Assembly (NCBI RefSeq): GCF_006345805.1
Contig: NC_042998.1
Location: 67,146,001 to 67,210,000, forward strand
Source of the DNA: Octopus sinensis
Taxonomy: Eukaryota
Length of the DNA stretch: 64,000 bases
Direction: 5' to 3'
Part shown: positions 25,556-40,120 of the stretch, one piece after another
How positions within the stretch are numbered: position 1 is the first letter of the stretch
How the letters are laid out: each line of letters opens with the position of its first letter
Translations under genes and position numbers: made by a program
The notes under the pieces: generated by a model
The model's database searches: none
Seen by the model: only the letters and a program-made list of their open reading frames with translations
Told to the model about the DNA's origin: nothing

Positions 25556-27554
25556 CCATATATATGTGTGTGTGTGTGTGTATAAATATACATATATACA
25601 TGTGTTTATATAAACATACACATATATATACCTATAAACACATGTTTATATTTGTTTGTATATTTGTATATAGCTCTTGTATACATGCAAGCACATAGTC
25701 ACAACAATTATATCCATAAGTTAAGCCTGTCTCTTTCATAAATCTTGGGAGTGGCTCTAACTGACATAGGAAAATCTGCTTGAGGTGGGGATAAGTTTAA
25801 AAAATTAAGGTTTTTTCTTTTAATTTTATTTTAAGATATTTAACGTAATAAGACCCCAGAGTCTCTGAAGATAACAAAAAAAATTAATTACAAAACAATT
25901 ATATTAATTATTGTAATTTCAATGACCTCCTTACTAAATTGTATTCTATTCCAAAAAGTATACCAATGTGTGTGTGTGTGCGTGTGTGTGTGTTGTGTGT
26001 GCATGTGCATGTGTCCATGTGTGTGTGCGCGTGTATGTCCCTGTGTGTGTTTGCGTGTTTGTCTGTGTGTATGTGTGTTTATAAAACAAGTCGCTTACTG
26101 CTGTGAATGAACACCATCAAACACGTACATGCCAGGGTACATTGCTTTTATTTCCTAGTTCAAAATCACAGAGTTTACATGTTACTAATTCGGGATGTAT
26201 GTTCCTAAATTGATAATAAGGACTGCATTAACTCAGTGATAAAGCACTTATGTTTCTGTGTTTCTTAATATCTTAGCGTTCTACAAGATTACAGTATTCA
26301 AACAGTAAAAGTTGAACTGCAGTTTAATAGCTCCTAGGTATTTCTCTCATGACAGGTTTATACGATTTAGGTGATATATTTGCCACTGAAGTAATTTATT
26401 TTCATTCACTACCTATGAAAGTAAATAAATCATCTTCGAATAATAAATAATATCGATTTGCTTATAACTGAATACAAAAATCTTTATATTTGCCCGGAAG
26501 AAAAGTTTGCTCTGTGATGAACAAGCTTTTCCTAAAACAGTGGCAGTACTATTTCTATGAAATCAATTAAAAGACAAGTCCAACATAGTTGCAGTCATCG
26601 CATAATTTCTCTTACAATCTCAACCACTGTATAAAATACATTACTATGAATCAAGTACTAATATCAACCAAGTTGGTGGTTTTACTTTGAACAAAATATG
26701 GGTTTTGTTTACTCCAAAATATTTAATATTTCGTATCGTCAATAAGATGGGCTTTAAGTTCAAGCCATTTCTTGAAATCCCTGTTGTTGTCGTGAAAATG
26801 GAAATGACTCATCATGTGGTCGTGTCATAGATATTTCTACATAATATAGTGAAAACTGACCTCCCAGTTTCGAGCTGATCTGAGATTAGACACGAAGAAA
26901 ACACAACGGATAATTAATATAACGTAATCAGTATTTTATAGAATATACACATTGTTAGACAACAATTATTTACCAGCTTTATTATAGTAATATTTCTAAG
27001 AATATTTTAGGAATGATGAAATATGCTCCTTGAAATTGTAAGTTGAGTCGAGAACATGGTCGACAAATTTCATATGAAAACTTGGATTTGATAGAATTCA
27101 TAATTAATATTACCTAATAATAATTTCTTCTTATATATAAATATATATATATACATATATATTTTATTAATCGCACTGACTTTCATAGGAAACATGTATT
27201 TTTGTGGTTGAAACCTTTTGGATTTTCTAGTGCTAGAATGAGCCACATAGTGACCATTCTCTTATATTTATTTTTATATACATATATATATATATATACA
27301 TATATACAACGACCTCGAACCCACAGGGGTAAACAAGAGAGACAGAAACAGGCAGAAACAAGGAAATGTTACTTGAATTTGAACACTATATGCAAATATT
27401 CTTTTAAAATAAATTTTCATTTAATTTTTCCAAAATATCATTGTTTTACATACTTACAGTTGAAAAAGACTTAATCACTAAAACCGGTACTGAAACGTTT
27501 TCTATAAAATTATTTAAGCATTTTCTACCTTGACATTTTTCCATATATATATAA

Positions 27555-27940
27555 CTAGCAGTATCGCCCGGCGTTGCTCAGGTTTGTAAGGGAAATAACT
27601 ATAAAGCATTTTTAGAGAGTTATAGCCAAAAAATAGAAAAAAAATGGAAAAAAATGATGGTAAATTTTTTTTTGAGAGTCAAAAAAGGATGGAGTTGCGT
27701 CCCCTAGACAGTTTGTGGTTCGTGTTTCCGATTCTCGACCCCATGTCGAACTTATCGATTTTTTTCAGAACTGGGGAAACTTTTCAAAATTTTCGCTAAG
27801 TTAGTTTTGAATTATGACATTGGGCTATGTGTGTGTCAAGTTTCATCAGAATCGGTTGAAAGCCGTGGTCGGGGTGAGGGTACAAGCAAACAGACACACA
27901 GAAACACGCACAGACAAACTGCCGTTTATATATAGAGAGA
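27555..27940 (-). mobile_element. Non-autonomous Helitron
   Basis: On minus: A|TCtctctatatataaacggc...cctgagcaacgccgggcgatactgCTAG|T, i.e. 5' TC, subterminal hairpin, 3' CTAG, A-T target, no TSD, and a GT-rich repeat near the 5' end. Confidence 0.85.
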
Positions 27941-28817
27941 TTTCCAGGATTCGATGGAATCAGCGTTTTAAATAACAAAGGTGCCAAGGTAAAGTCAGCG
28001 ACAGCGCACCAGTGCACTAACAATGTGTACAGACACTCACGCACTTCCTAAATTGAATATGGAGATTGTCTTTCTAGTTACGCACAGATTCACAAGTATT
28101 GACCAAATACAAAGTGTGCATGTGAAGTCATACAGGAGTATATACCGGCATGTATTTCCCGATCCACAATAGGCACAAGCTCCATCGCATGAAAGGTTCC
28201 GAGTGTGGTGAAGCATAAACAATAACACTGATGGCCTGATGTTCATAACAGCTGTTTCAGATGTGTTCTTTGTTGATAAGCGAAACAATTACATCGTGTA
28301 AAAAACAACTTTTCTTCAGGATTTCAATTGACTGTATATTATATATATATATATATCGACGATGATTTATTGAGTAGGAATGAGAGGAAAGGGAGTTGTG
28401 GGCTTCAGTAAAAGAGTAAAATAGCAGCGATCAGGATTGACACTCTTTAAACAGTAATAATAGTACTTCTAATGCATGTATTTAATAGCTAATATCCATC
28501 TGTGACTCTCGCCATGGTTGTAACATGAATAACTCTGCCTGTGTATACGAAAGTATGTGTGTGTGTGTATCTGGAGACATAAATGTAACAATTTTTGTGG
28601 GGGTTTCGTTTGGAAAGTCAAGGAATACATGGCGATATCCCGTCATGAAACCCGAATACTTTCTGAATACTTGTGATAGATTCGAATAACAATCAGTCAG
28701 AGGATAGCTTTCAAGTGAATCGCGGCTTAAATCTTTCAGCTAACTGAACACAAACACGCACAAACTCACACACGCAAACGCACACACGCACTCACATACA
28801 CACACATATATGTATAA

Positions 28818-28881
<64 letters not shown>

Positions 28882-29028
28882 TTTATGCTTTTGACTTTTA
28901 TCATTTAAATCTTTCACTTATTGGACTAACCCGAAGCGACGTGTTTGAAAAGCGGTCTTGCCGACGTTTATCTATCTATCTGTCCCTGTATGTATGTATG
29001 CACATATATATATAATATATATATATTA

Positions 29029-29064
<36 letters not shown>

Positions 29065-29307
29065 CATGTATATATATATATACATGTATATACATATTAA
29101 TTTTTATACAGTATTCTGTGCGCATGTACAAAAGGTAGAAGGACTTTAGAAAATCATTGCCTGGATATCATGGGATATTCATTATTTTAACGAGTGCGAT
29201 GTTATTTCTTCTATCAAAATCTAGCTTACCAAATCAGTAAGCAGTAACAAGAATTTATAACATACATGTTGATACTATATAAAGCAAACGGTTCTGTTTC
29301 TTTAAAG

Positions 29308-29418
29308 TAACATGAATGAATTGATTGATCAGAGAAGACAACTCTGCGTCAAGGAATCGGATAAATCTTTCAAACATCAAATGTTTGCTCAAAAGAGAAG
29401 CATAGAAATTACGAATAG
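29308..29418 (+). CDS. Candidate internal coding exon (111 nt, phase 2-2): NMNELIDQRRQLCVKESDKSFKHQMFAQKRSIEITN(R)
   Basis: Acceptor gttctgtttctttaaag, donor ag/gtgaga, open frame, unique non-repetitive sequence. No recognised homology. Confidence 0.35.
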
Positions 29419-30389
29419 GTGAGATTAAGCAGCTTAAATGCTCAAAGTGTAGATTAGAAGTGTTAATGTGATCATAAGTTTAGACTACTTATGAAATAAA
29501 GATAATTATATTGGACTACTTAGATGTTTTGTTGCAAACAGATTTTGTATCAGCCACGCCATTGCTGCACAGTTAGGCCACCATAACTTTTAACAAATGT
29601 ATGGTAAATCTATTTAAATTAACTTCAGCTTTCAATTCTAATTATCTATTAAGTGCTTACTGGGAATACTTACGTTACTCTGGGCAGTAGTCGAATTTAT
29701 ATCTTTTCAGTGTCAAAACTACTGCCCATTTCTCTTTTATCGTTTTTAAACACATGACTGGATTTATACAAAGATTTGAGAAGACTACGGAACTTGACAT
29801 TTCGCTGATTCATAATCACTAAATTTTAAGAGCAGCTGCCTAATTTTTACTTCGGAGATCCATAGAGAGGGGGTGAGAGGGAGAACGATCTATTCTGTCT
29901 AAGAGATTTTAGAATAAGTAGAAATGACGTGTATGTTTGCCTCTTGTGTATTTAAGAATTCTTCATTGGAGTTAAAATAAACAAACAATGTAAGCATAGG
30001 ATAACATGAAGAACCAAAACTGATAAGCTTACAACTTACAGAATTCAGCTGCTATATATAGAAAATAACTTAAACATAAAGGGGAAAAATGTATTATACA
30101 TAACTTGTATTTCTTGAAAGAAGCTACGTTGATTTCTTGAAAACATCATTAACAATAGGATGGCTCTATAAAGTATAAGATAAATAAAATATTTATATGA
30201 GTGACGTATTTAAAGCATTCTTTCCTTTTTAATCTATTTGTAGTTGGTTAAAAAAGAATGTTTGTTTGGTCCATTATCTCATCAAACATTAAAAAAGAAT
30301 TACAGGAAACTGAAGGTCAGTTAAACCTGCTTCTATTATGCTAGCGAATTTTCAGAATATATTATTGATATTTCCATACTACCGGTTGA

Positions 30390-30468
<79 letters not shown>

Positions 30469-30925
30469 TATAATAATATATAATAATATAAGAAGAAGAA
30501 GAAAGAAGAAGAAGAAGGTGGAGGAGGAGGAGGAGAAGAAGGAGGAGAAGAAGAAGAAGAAGAAGAAGAAGAAGAAGAAGGTGGAGGAGGAGGAGGAGAA
30601 GAAGGAGAAGAAGAAGAAGAAGAAGAAGAAGAAGAAGGAGGAGGAGGAGGAGAAGGAGAAGGAGAAGGAGAAGAGAAGAAGAAGAAGAAAAAGAAGAAGA
30701 AGAAGAAGAAGAAGAAAAAGAAGAAGAAGAAGAGAAGAAGAAGAAGAAGAAGAAGAGAAGAAGAAGAGAAGAAGAAGAAGAAGAAGAAGAGAAGAAGAAG
30801 AAGAAGAAGAAGAAGAAGAAAAGAAGAAGAAGAAGAAAAGAAGAAGAAGAAAAGAAGAAGAAGAAGAAGAAGAAGAAGAAGAAAAGAAGAAGAAGAAGAA
30901 GAAGAAGAGAAGAAGAAGAAGAAAA
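30390..30925 (+). repeat. Compound (AAT)n-(AAG/GAG)n microsatellite
   Basis: Direct reading. Confidence 0.95.
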
Positions 30926-31586
30926 CAGTGAAGAACGAGAAACGGAATGTCAAATTATTTTAAAATCTTAAATGTAATGTGTCTTCTCACATTTTCAGTT
31001 GTATTACTTCTGTCAAGCAATTTACGCGCGAGAGATCGAGTCAGAGAAGATTGTTAGTTACCCAATTTTTGTTTCTAAATACCCGTATACATTTCTACTG
31101 TATTAATTTAAGATACCGTAAAAATTTGCGATAATCAACCCCACCATTTTATTCATTAATTTTCAGTACCCGTGAATTATAATGATAACGGCATATTTTA
31201 ATTTCTCATTTACAAACATTTTAAAGAACTGGGGTTTGTTCTTGTGTTCTTGCATGTTCTGCAACTTGATACATTTTTAAAAGAAGTGTATTTTTCGTAC
31301 CCAGTGTACGTCTAAGGATATCTGCCTATTGGACAGGAACATCCAACCAATCATCAATGTTTCACACAATTACACAAACACACCAATTTATACATGCATA
31401 GCAATAATTACATTATATGAACTTTATACTCTTCTATTTTTAAACTATATACATACATGTGAGTATTTACATATATATATATAACTATATGACACTTGTA
31501 CATTTATATGCACACTCATATATATATAAATATATATATATATATGTGTGTGTGTGTGTATCTATATTTGTATAATACACATTTAC

Positions 31587-31639
<53 letters not shown>

Positions 31640-31719
31640 ATATATATACATATACAGAAAAATGCATGTATGCGCATGTATCATGTATTTCTAATCTAAT
31701 AAATGTAACTGTATTAGAG

Positions 31720-32366
31720 CCAAATAATGAATGAATTATTTAACTTTCAAGTCTTTCTGTTTCCACATTACTTCCATTTCCAACTGTAATAATGTTAAAT
31801 AGAGTTGTAAACTGAATACCAAAACGTTATTAATTCTATTTTTGTATCTATTAATAATATAAAGTACTTTTACTAACTTCATTAATCACCTGTTAGCATT
31901 TCGCGATATATTTAAATCGATGCTAGTTGGTGCAGTGACTTACAGTATTTATCATGTCATTGTTAGCCAAATATGTTAAAGCAAGTATAAATTTAGAGAA
32001 TTCAATTTCGAAAATCGAATGCATCATAATTATCAATGCACTTGAGAATTAAGTATTTACTTCTAATGAAATCTATATATTATCTGATAGAAACACTGAA
32101 ACACGAAATATCAAATCATAAGACATACTTGTAGTATCAAAACTCATTGGTATTCTGTTTCATGTAAGCTACACTATCATAGATTAAAACAAACAAGTAC
32201 CATTCTCCAGCAATCACATCAAAGCTAATACAATGTTCAATACCATTTGAAAAAAATAGATTATAAATCGTTGAAATTCTGAAAAAGTATATATATATAT
32301 AGACACATTTATAAAATATAATTTATATACATATATAATATACGCACGTATTTATGTACATATACT

Positions 32367-32422
<56 letters not shown>

Positions 32423-32435
32423 TCTCTCTCTCTTA

Positions 32436-32480
<45 letters not shown>

Positions 32481-33150
32481 GAGGTGATGTACATAAATTA
32501 TACATATATGCATATATACAATTATACATATTCACATGTATACTTCCACACGTGTTCTTACATGTCAAAGAGTGCTACTATACGTGCGTATACATGTTGA
32601 AAATGATTGGAATGATTTCTAAAAATGACTTCAACCATTTTGTTAGCTTTCATGTGATTGCTAGAGATTCGTATTTATTATTTTGTGTTAATATATAATA
32701 GCGTAGACAAAGATGAAAGAGAATAGTAATGATGTGTGCAACTTGATGTACTTATACAGTCCCGTATATATCACTTTTATGAATTTCTTTATGATATTCT
32801 GTACTAGAGAAGCAAATAATTCTTTAGTGCAATCGTTATTATAATACATTCGACTTTACAAATTAAATTCCTGCAAATTATACTTACTGTAATGTATTTG
32901 GTTAACAATCAGTTGAAAAATAATTAGAAGTCACTGCACCAACAACCGCCATTTTTAATATAACATAAAAATACAAACAAGATGCAAATCAAGTAAAAAT
33001 ACTTTATATTATTAATACCTTCTAAAAGAGTATTAATAACGTTTTGGCATTTAATTTACCGATTTGTTTAACTTTATTATTATATAAAATCGAAGTGGTG
33101 TAAGAATTGAAATACTATACAGTTAAGTAATTTAGTAATGAATTTCCAAG
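31720..33150. repeat. Long diverged inverted repeat (~520-bp arms) around a (TA)n core
   Basis: Colinear inverted matches: ccaaaacgttattaat/attaataacgttttgg, tattaataatataaagta/tactttatattattaata, gttggtgcagtgactt/aagtcactgcaccaac, agcaatcacat.aaagctaa/ttagcttt.atgtgattgct. Confidence 0.85.
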
Positions 33151-33254
33151 CAATAAAAATTCGCAAAAATTAAATTATGTTTTTGTGTGTGTAGGTGTTT
33201 GTGAGCGTGTGTGTGCATGCGTGTTTTCGCATGTATGTAGATGTATACATCTAT

Positions 33255-33304
<50 letters not shown>

Positions 33305-33305
33305 G

Positions 33306-33336
<31 letters not shown>

Positions 33337-33997
33337 TGTGTGTGTGTGTGTGTATGTTTACACGCACACACATATATATATATGCATGCACTTATATGCT
33401 CACATTCATGCGACGTGCGAATAAGTTTTTCTCTGGAATGACGAAGAAAATTCAATAAACACCATATCAACTGACGAATTGCAGAGTAAATCGTAGGAAT
33501 GAGCAGCTTTTGGAATAGATTTCTAAACTAAGTAGGTTAATGCTTCACCTTTACGTTCGAATTGCACTTTGCCTTACTGACATTTCTCAATAATATCGAT
33601 TATTAATTTAGAATTTTGATTGCTATTTATTTTACCGAACCAGGAGAGTGGAAAGTCTAATTCCCATATCAAATCGTATAACCAATATTAGTCATAAAAA
33701 AACACAGCCCTCAGGTATATGTCTAGCACACATAAAATGCACATACGCACACATACCTTGAGAGCTGGAAGAAATATGGCAAAGCTTTTTATCTAACGAG
33801 CTGACGATTCTACTATCGCAGCACCTTAACAACAACAACAACAACCACAGCAGCAGCAGCCTTAAGAGAAGAAAAATTAAAAACGTGGCAAATATCCTGC
33901 AGAATGTACTGGCTAGTGCCACATAACTAGATAGGTACTCAGTTAAAGGATCGGCTGTTAAGAACATCATCAGTGAGCAACAGAACGAATAATAATT

Positions 33998-34064
<67 letters not shown>

Positions 34065-34093
34065 TGATGATAATAATAATAATAATAATAATA

Positions 34094-34134
<41 letters not shown>

Positions 34135-34136
<2 letters not shown>

Positions 34137-35265
34137 GACAGAAAAATACGAAAATTGTTGACATTGTATAGAATGTACCACCGTAAGGCAGATATAGAAC
34201 GATTTTACCTGCCAAGAAAGGAGGGTGGCCGTAAATTTTTACACCTGGAATTGACAATGAAGATTACAACAACTGGCCTAGACACTAATTGTTAAAAACT
34301 TGTCTCAAAGCATGAAAATAAGAAAGCATCATACTCAGCAACAAAACAGGCAAAAGAAAATCTAAGGGAATTCCAAATACAACAAGTTCCAAAAATTAGA
34401 CGTGCTGGAAACAGGCACAGGAGAGTCTAAGCGTATGAAGACCCGTGCTAAAACTGCTAAAACTTATTGATAAATGGCAAGAAAAACCTCTCAATGTCAA
34501 ATACTTAAAGAGAACTAATAGTGCCGATGTTGACAAAGCCCTTACCCATCAATGGTTAATGACTTCTGGCTTAAAATCAGAAACAGAGGTGTTTATCATA
34601 GCAGCCCCGGTTCAATGCCTACCTACAAGAAACTACAATATATTCACTTGCAAAAACCTGGACCTGCCCCATGATAAAAACCGGTGGGAACACAAACCAC
34701 TTCCAGTGTTTGAAAATTATCACATCTCACTCCTCTGGAACTTCACCATTCAAATTGATAGAAAGATTGATGCGAATAGGCCAGACATTATATTGAAAGA
34801 CTTCAGACAAAAATCATGCCTCCTCAGGGATATGACTGTTTCAATCGATATAATTGTATCTGTCAAGACCCACTAAAAAGATCCTGAAATAGAAATTGGC
34901 AAAATGTGGAACCTCAAGACTAAAACAATACCTGTTGTCATAAGAGCCTTAGGAATGATAGCAAAAGGGACTGAGTCCTACCTGTCTCAGATTCCAGGAA
35001 ATCTCAAAATAGCAGAAATTCAAAAGATAGAGCTCATGAGAACTGCCCACATCCTAAGTGAAATACTGTCTGTGTAATCTCAAATTAAACAAAAGAAATT
35101 TTCTAATGGTTTCTTAAACATTCTCTAGAACAACACTATGTACAAAACCAAATATATGATACCCTTGGCATAACACCAACATGAACTTCTAACATGTCTC
35201 TTGTGGTCTCTGGGTGAGACTTCGAGTCAACTTGTACAAATACAAAGCAGAAGTCAAACATATAC
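34135..35265 (+). mobile_element. R4/Dong-type non-LTR retrotransposon 3' fragment (RLE domain)
   Basis: DRKIRKLLT..HRKADIERFYLPRKEGG, WLMTSGLKSETE.FIIAA, LLWNFTIQIDRKIDANRPDI..D, MWNLKTKTIPVVI.ALG. Begins directly after (TAA)n and ends in TAA/CAA repeats. Confidence 0.9.
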
Positions 35266-35420
35266 TAATAGTAACAACAACAACAACAATAATAACAAAA
35301 ATGATAATAATTATAATAATTGTGCTCATGGGAACTGCTCATCTAAGAAAAATATGAAATTCCAAAAACATTTTGATTCGAGAATATTATCAAAAGTATT
35401 TTTAAATGTACATAACAGCA

Positions 35421-35992
<572 letters not shown>

Positions 35993-36004
35993 TAATAATA
36001 ACAG

Positions 36005-36145
36005 TTTTATATTTTAGTACAAGGCCAACACTTTCACTGGGAACAGCCGATTTCCTAGATCCTAGCATTTAACTGGCATTATATTTTATAGATATTGGAA
36101 AGATGAAGGGTAAAATTGCCCTTGGTGTTATTTGCATTCAGAAAG
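36005..36145 (-). mobile_element. SINE family B fragment
   Basis: ttttagtacaaggcca...aactggc.tt.tatttt..gat...aagatgaagggtaaa, inverted homology to family B. Confidence 0.5.
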
Positions 36146-36959
36146 TAACTAATAGATGATGATGATTATGATGAGGGTTATGATGATGATGGTAATAAGG
36201 ACACTTCTGCTGTCGCTGTCTTTGCTGATACAGAAAATAGTGAAGATGATGGTCATAATGATGATGATGATGATCATGATGATGGTGACGACGAGGATAA
36301 TCAAGGCAACTATGATATAAATTCTTACTATTAAGACAATAGTTCCATCATTTCTCTCTCGACATGTATGTCTGCAAAAAATCTAACCGTAGGCTTCGTA
36401 TTATGAAAATATGTAAGTCACTCGTTCTATATATCACGGGTCTTTTCAACTCATTTCCTTGTTGGTAGTTTTAATCAAATTTTCTCACCATTGACTCAAT
36501 ACATCCGTGGAGTTTTCTTGCTATGACATTACATCACTATTGTGCAGAGACAGTAGAACTTTATATATTTTGTAAATAGAAATGTAATTTCTATTCACCA
36601 TTACCAATGGATTTTTGCATTGCTATTGTGTTGCTGACTTGAGGCAGCATCTATTTACTTGACACAATTTCCAGAGAAGAAAGTGATGTAATCTATCAAG
36701 ACTGATAGAAAAAAAAGATACTTAAGAAGTGTTGTTATCGAACAAATAAAGAAAGGAAAAGACATTTTGAAAATAAATACGTTAGCACACAAACGCATAC
36801 AAATAAAAGCACTGATATGAATAGGGTGACATGCACTGGGTGCGATAATAGGAATAAAATAAAGATTTATCAGAGTCATATGTATATATGCATCTAGGTA
36901 CACACACACGCACTCACGCACCCACCCACACACACACACATATGAATTCTGCGAGCGTA

Positions 36960-38490
36960 TTTCAAACATCCCCATAGAAGAACAGAAAACAAGACAAATA
37001 AAATCTAACTTCAGTAGACAACAATGGACCCAGTTAGCAGTTCTGCAATTTAACAAAAATGCGATTATTAAGGAAACTGACAAAGAAAGTTCAGTTGATA
37101 TTATGGATACAGAAATACAGTATTTAGTATTGGATAAGCTACAAGATAATATTTACTATGAAGAAAACAAAGATAACAAGCCTACGAACATAATGAATGT
37201 ACTTATCTGCGGACTACACGCATACGAAAATTCTTTGACCGATAAGAACTGGATTATCTCACAAACTTCAAATATAGAACAAGCAACTTCTGTGGACTAT
37301 ATAAAAGACAAAGGAATAAACTAATAAAGAAATATGTGAAAGAACAATACCAATTCTGTGAATAGCTCACTTCCAACGAATCATGAACTGAGACTCATTA
37401 CAGCAGGTCGGCCGTGCGAAATACATAATTGTGGTAATTTCCTAGACATTCTACTAAAGCATTTTCGCAAGTATATACAGAGATTTATACATGATTTGGA
37501 TATACTCAACCATGTACAGATTACATTAAACAAAAACACCCACATGTAAAACCTGACGTTGTAAACCTCCAAAACAACAATCCTCATAATTATAGAATCC
37601 AAGCAACAGAATAGTAATGAGACTCATGTTCTTATTAAATACCAGAATGCATAGGTAAAGAATTTATTATAGTTAGTCTCTAATTCATTTTCATTAGTTA
37701 ATCTCTAATTCATTATGTTCGTAGAAAGCCTCTCGGCAAAAGTCATAGCAGGTTATGGAATGTAAAGTTGCTCTGACATATGCCAACTTGGTTAAGGGAT
37801 ACCATGAATGGAAAATAAACTACAAATCTCTGAAGATTTGGTGAAGGGTCTGGTCTTTGTTTAAAGACAACTAGAAAAGGTTTCTTAGTTTCATGCAAAC
37901 GGTCATATACTTTTCAAAACACTTCTTCCTCTTTACACTATGTCACCGTAAGAGCATTCAAAGTAACATTTCGTTCAAACTTTTGAAACGAATATGCTCA
38001 ATTGTTTCAAAACTTGAAACAGGGAACCAAAAATTAGACGAAATGAAAACATTCTGAAGAGAGAAAAAACCCACATAAAATGATTTAATTCGGAAATAAG
38101 AGAGCTAAACAATTTAACACCTTAGAGCAACAGAATCTGAAAAGGAATAAAATATACTATTCCTTATATTTCAAATTTTAATCTCAAAAATCCCGAAATT
38201 TTTACGAATACCAGTCTAATATTTACCAATATTACTACAGAGTGAAAAGAAAAATGAGAAAAGTTTTGGACATACATTCAATTATAAAAAGTAAGAGGCA
38301 AACAAAATCAATTGAATATAAACTGACCAATGCTGGTCTACATATAGAAATGGTAGACTCTAAAGTAATTAAATGTAACCGAACAAACTGCAGAGCGCGT
38401 AGATACCAATTGGCAGTTCTTGAATTCTACTTCAAAGAGGGCTCTTCACAAATAAAAACAAATTTTGCTGCGATTCGGACAACTTAACCT
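36960..38490 (+). mobile_element. Degraded Penelope-like element ORF (RT, thumb, Cys linker; Neptune-like)
   Basis: Ordered peptides across frameshifts: IIKETDKESSVDIMDTE, ELDYLTNF, LRLITAGRPCEIH..NFLDILLK, FLFTLCH..NISFKLLKRICSIVS, PYISNFNLKNPEIF, IIKSKRQTKS..LTNA, KCNRTNC. Confidence 0.8.
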
Positions 38491-39373
38491 ACATTATAAA
38501 ATATAACTTTTGCTGAGAACACTACACCGGACAAGCAGATGAGTGAACATAGAGATAATTGTAGAGGACAGGTCTTCCGTTTCTACCAGTGTAACGAGTG
38601 AACGACGGAACAGCAACAGAACAATAAAGAAATAACTTTTATTAACAAATATAAAGCAACGCTCAATGCAATATGCTTCAGTTAACTCTGCACACTGGCA
38701 ATATACGCATAGTATTCTTGCAGTCGGTGACATCAAAACAATTGTTTACTAAATAATAACAAAAGTGTAATGAATACCAACAACTGATCTGACTGGATAA
38801 AAAAAAATATAGCAGTTAATATATTTATGCTGTCTTTCTTGTGTATTATTTTGTAAATAAATGTATGCTGACATACCCTGTCTCCTGTATGCATAGTGGA
38901 AGCATGTATGTATATATTTATATTCATGAATGGAGGAGTGTTTGTATAGATGTGTACATGTGTATGTGTTTGTGTATGTATGTGTGTGTGTGTGTAGATA
39001 AGAAAGAGGATAACAAAAGAATAAACAATTATCTTATGAACTTCATTAGGTTACATATACATGATGATTTTTTTAAATTTTAGCTGCAACGCGCAACAAA
39101 TACATATATTAAAGCAGTTTTTCTGTGCAAAAGATTAGAAGTAACATGTGATCCCATTAGCTTCTTCCCTCTTTTCTACTTGTGTTATATATGTCACACT
39201 CGCCTTATGAAAATGTCCATCAATATTTTTTGTTTAAACTATAATTCGAAAAGATTTTTTTTTGTAAAAACGTATCTTCATATTTTTGTTTTCAGATATA
39301 CAAATACATAGCATGAAACTATTTAGCATATGTTAAGAAATTAGACTTGTATTAATTAAACAAATATAAGCCC

Positions 39374-39532
39374 AGGCGTGGCTATGTGGTAAGACGCTTA
39401 CTTCCCAACCACATGATTCCAGGTTCAGTCCAACTGGGTGGCACCTTGGGCAAGTGTCTACTAATATACAATCGGGCCAACCAAAGCCTTGCAAGTGAAT
39501 TAGTAGGCGTAAACGGAAAGAAGCTCACCGTG
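39374..39532 (+). mobile_element. SINE family A head (uninterrupted)
   Basis: ggcgtggctatgtggtaagacgcttacttcccaaccacatgattccaggttcagtccaactg..ggcaccttgggcaagtgtct. Confidence 0.85.
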
Positions 39533-39644
<112 letters not shown>

Positions 39645-39689
39645 TTTCCATTCCAATATGGTGATAACAGACTTTAAGTCGTCAATTTC

Positions 39690-40120
39690 CACATATCATT
39701 ATACACTCACTATAAATACACGTCGTGCTGAAATCAGGAGGCGAGCCACCACTCAAAATAATGTTCCCAGTACATGGACCACGCTGTGAACTGATATATC
39801 CTGAGAGAGAGCGCTATTGACTGCAACTGTCTAAATTCTGTCAATTAAAAAGTCATGCAACAACTCTCCACGTTTCCTAGCGATACGAACGTCATGCAGT
39901 TTGTGACACCTTCCTATGATCAACTTTGTCAAAGTCAAAATGCTGAATGCTGTAGTAGTTGAGTGAAGCAGCTTAGCAGAAGCCACGTTACATGTTTGTG
40001 AGTAAGTTATTTTCCTTCAGGAACGTGAACACTCTCCTTCTGACTATGAGTTCTGAGACCTTCCTAACTTGTGAGGTTAGAGAGATAGGCCTGTAATTTC
40101 TAGTAACTGATCTGCTTTAT
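39690..40120 (-). mobile_element. Older CR1-group LINE RT fragment
   Basis: Minus strand NYRPISLTSQVRKVSELIVRRRVFTFLKENNLL..RGF..FDKVDH. Nucleotide similarity to 2490-2660. Confidence 0.8.

Noticed and set aside
29312-29344. MNELIDQRRQL resembles a DOCK3/4 N-terminal segment (from memory)
   Set aside because: Similarity stops after 11 residues and the following sequence does not fit, so no gene symbol was assigned.
30336-30953. 205-aa and 137-aa low-complexity ORFs
   Set aside because: Pure trinucleotide repeat with indels.
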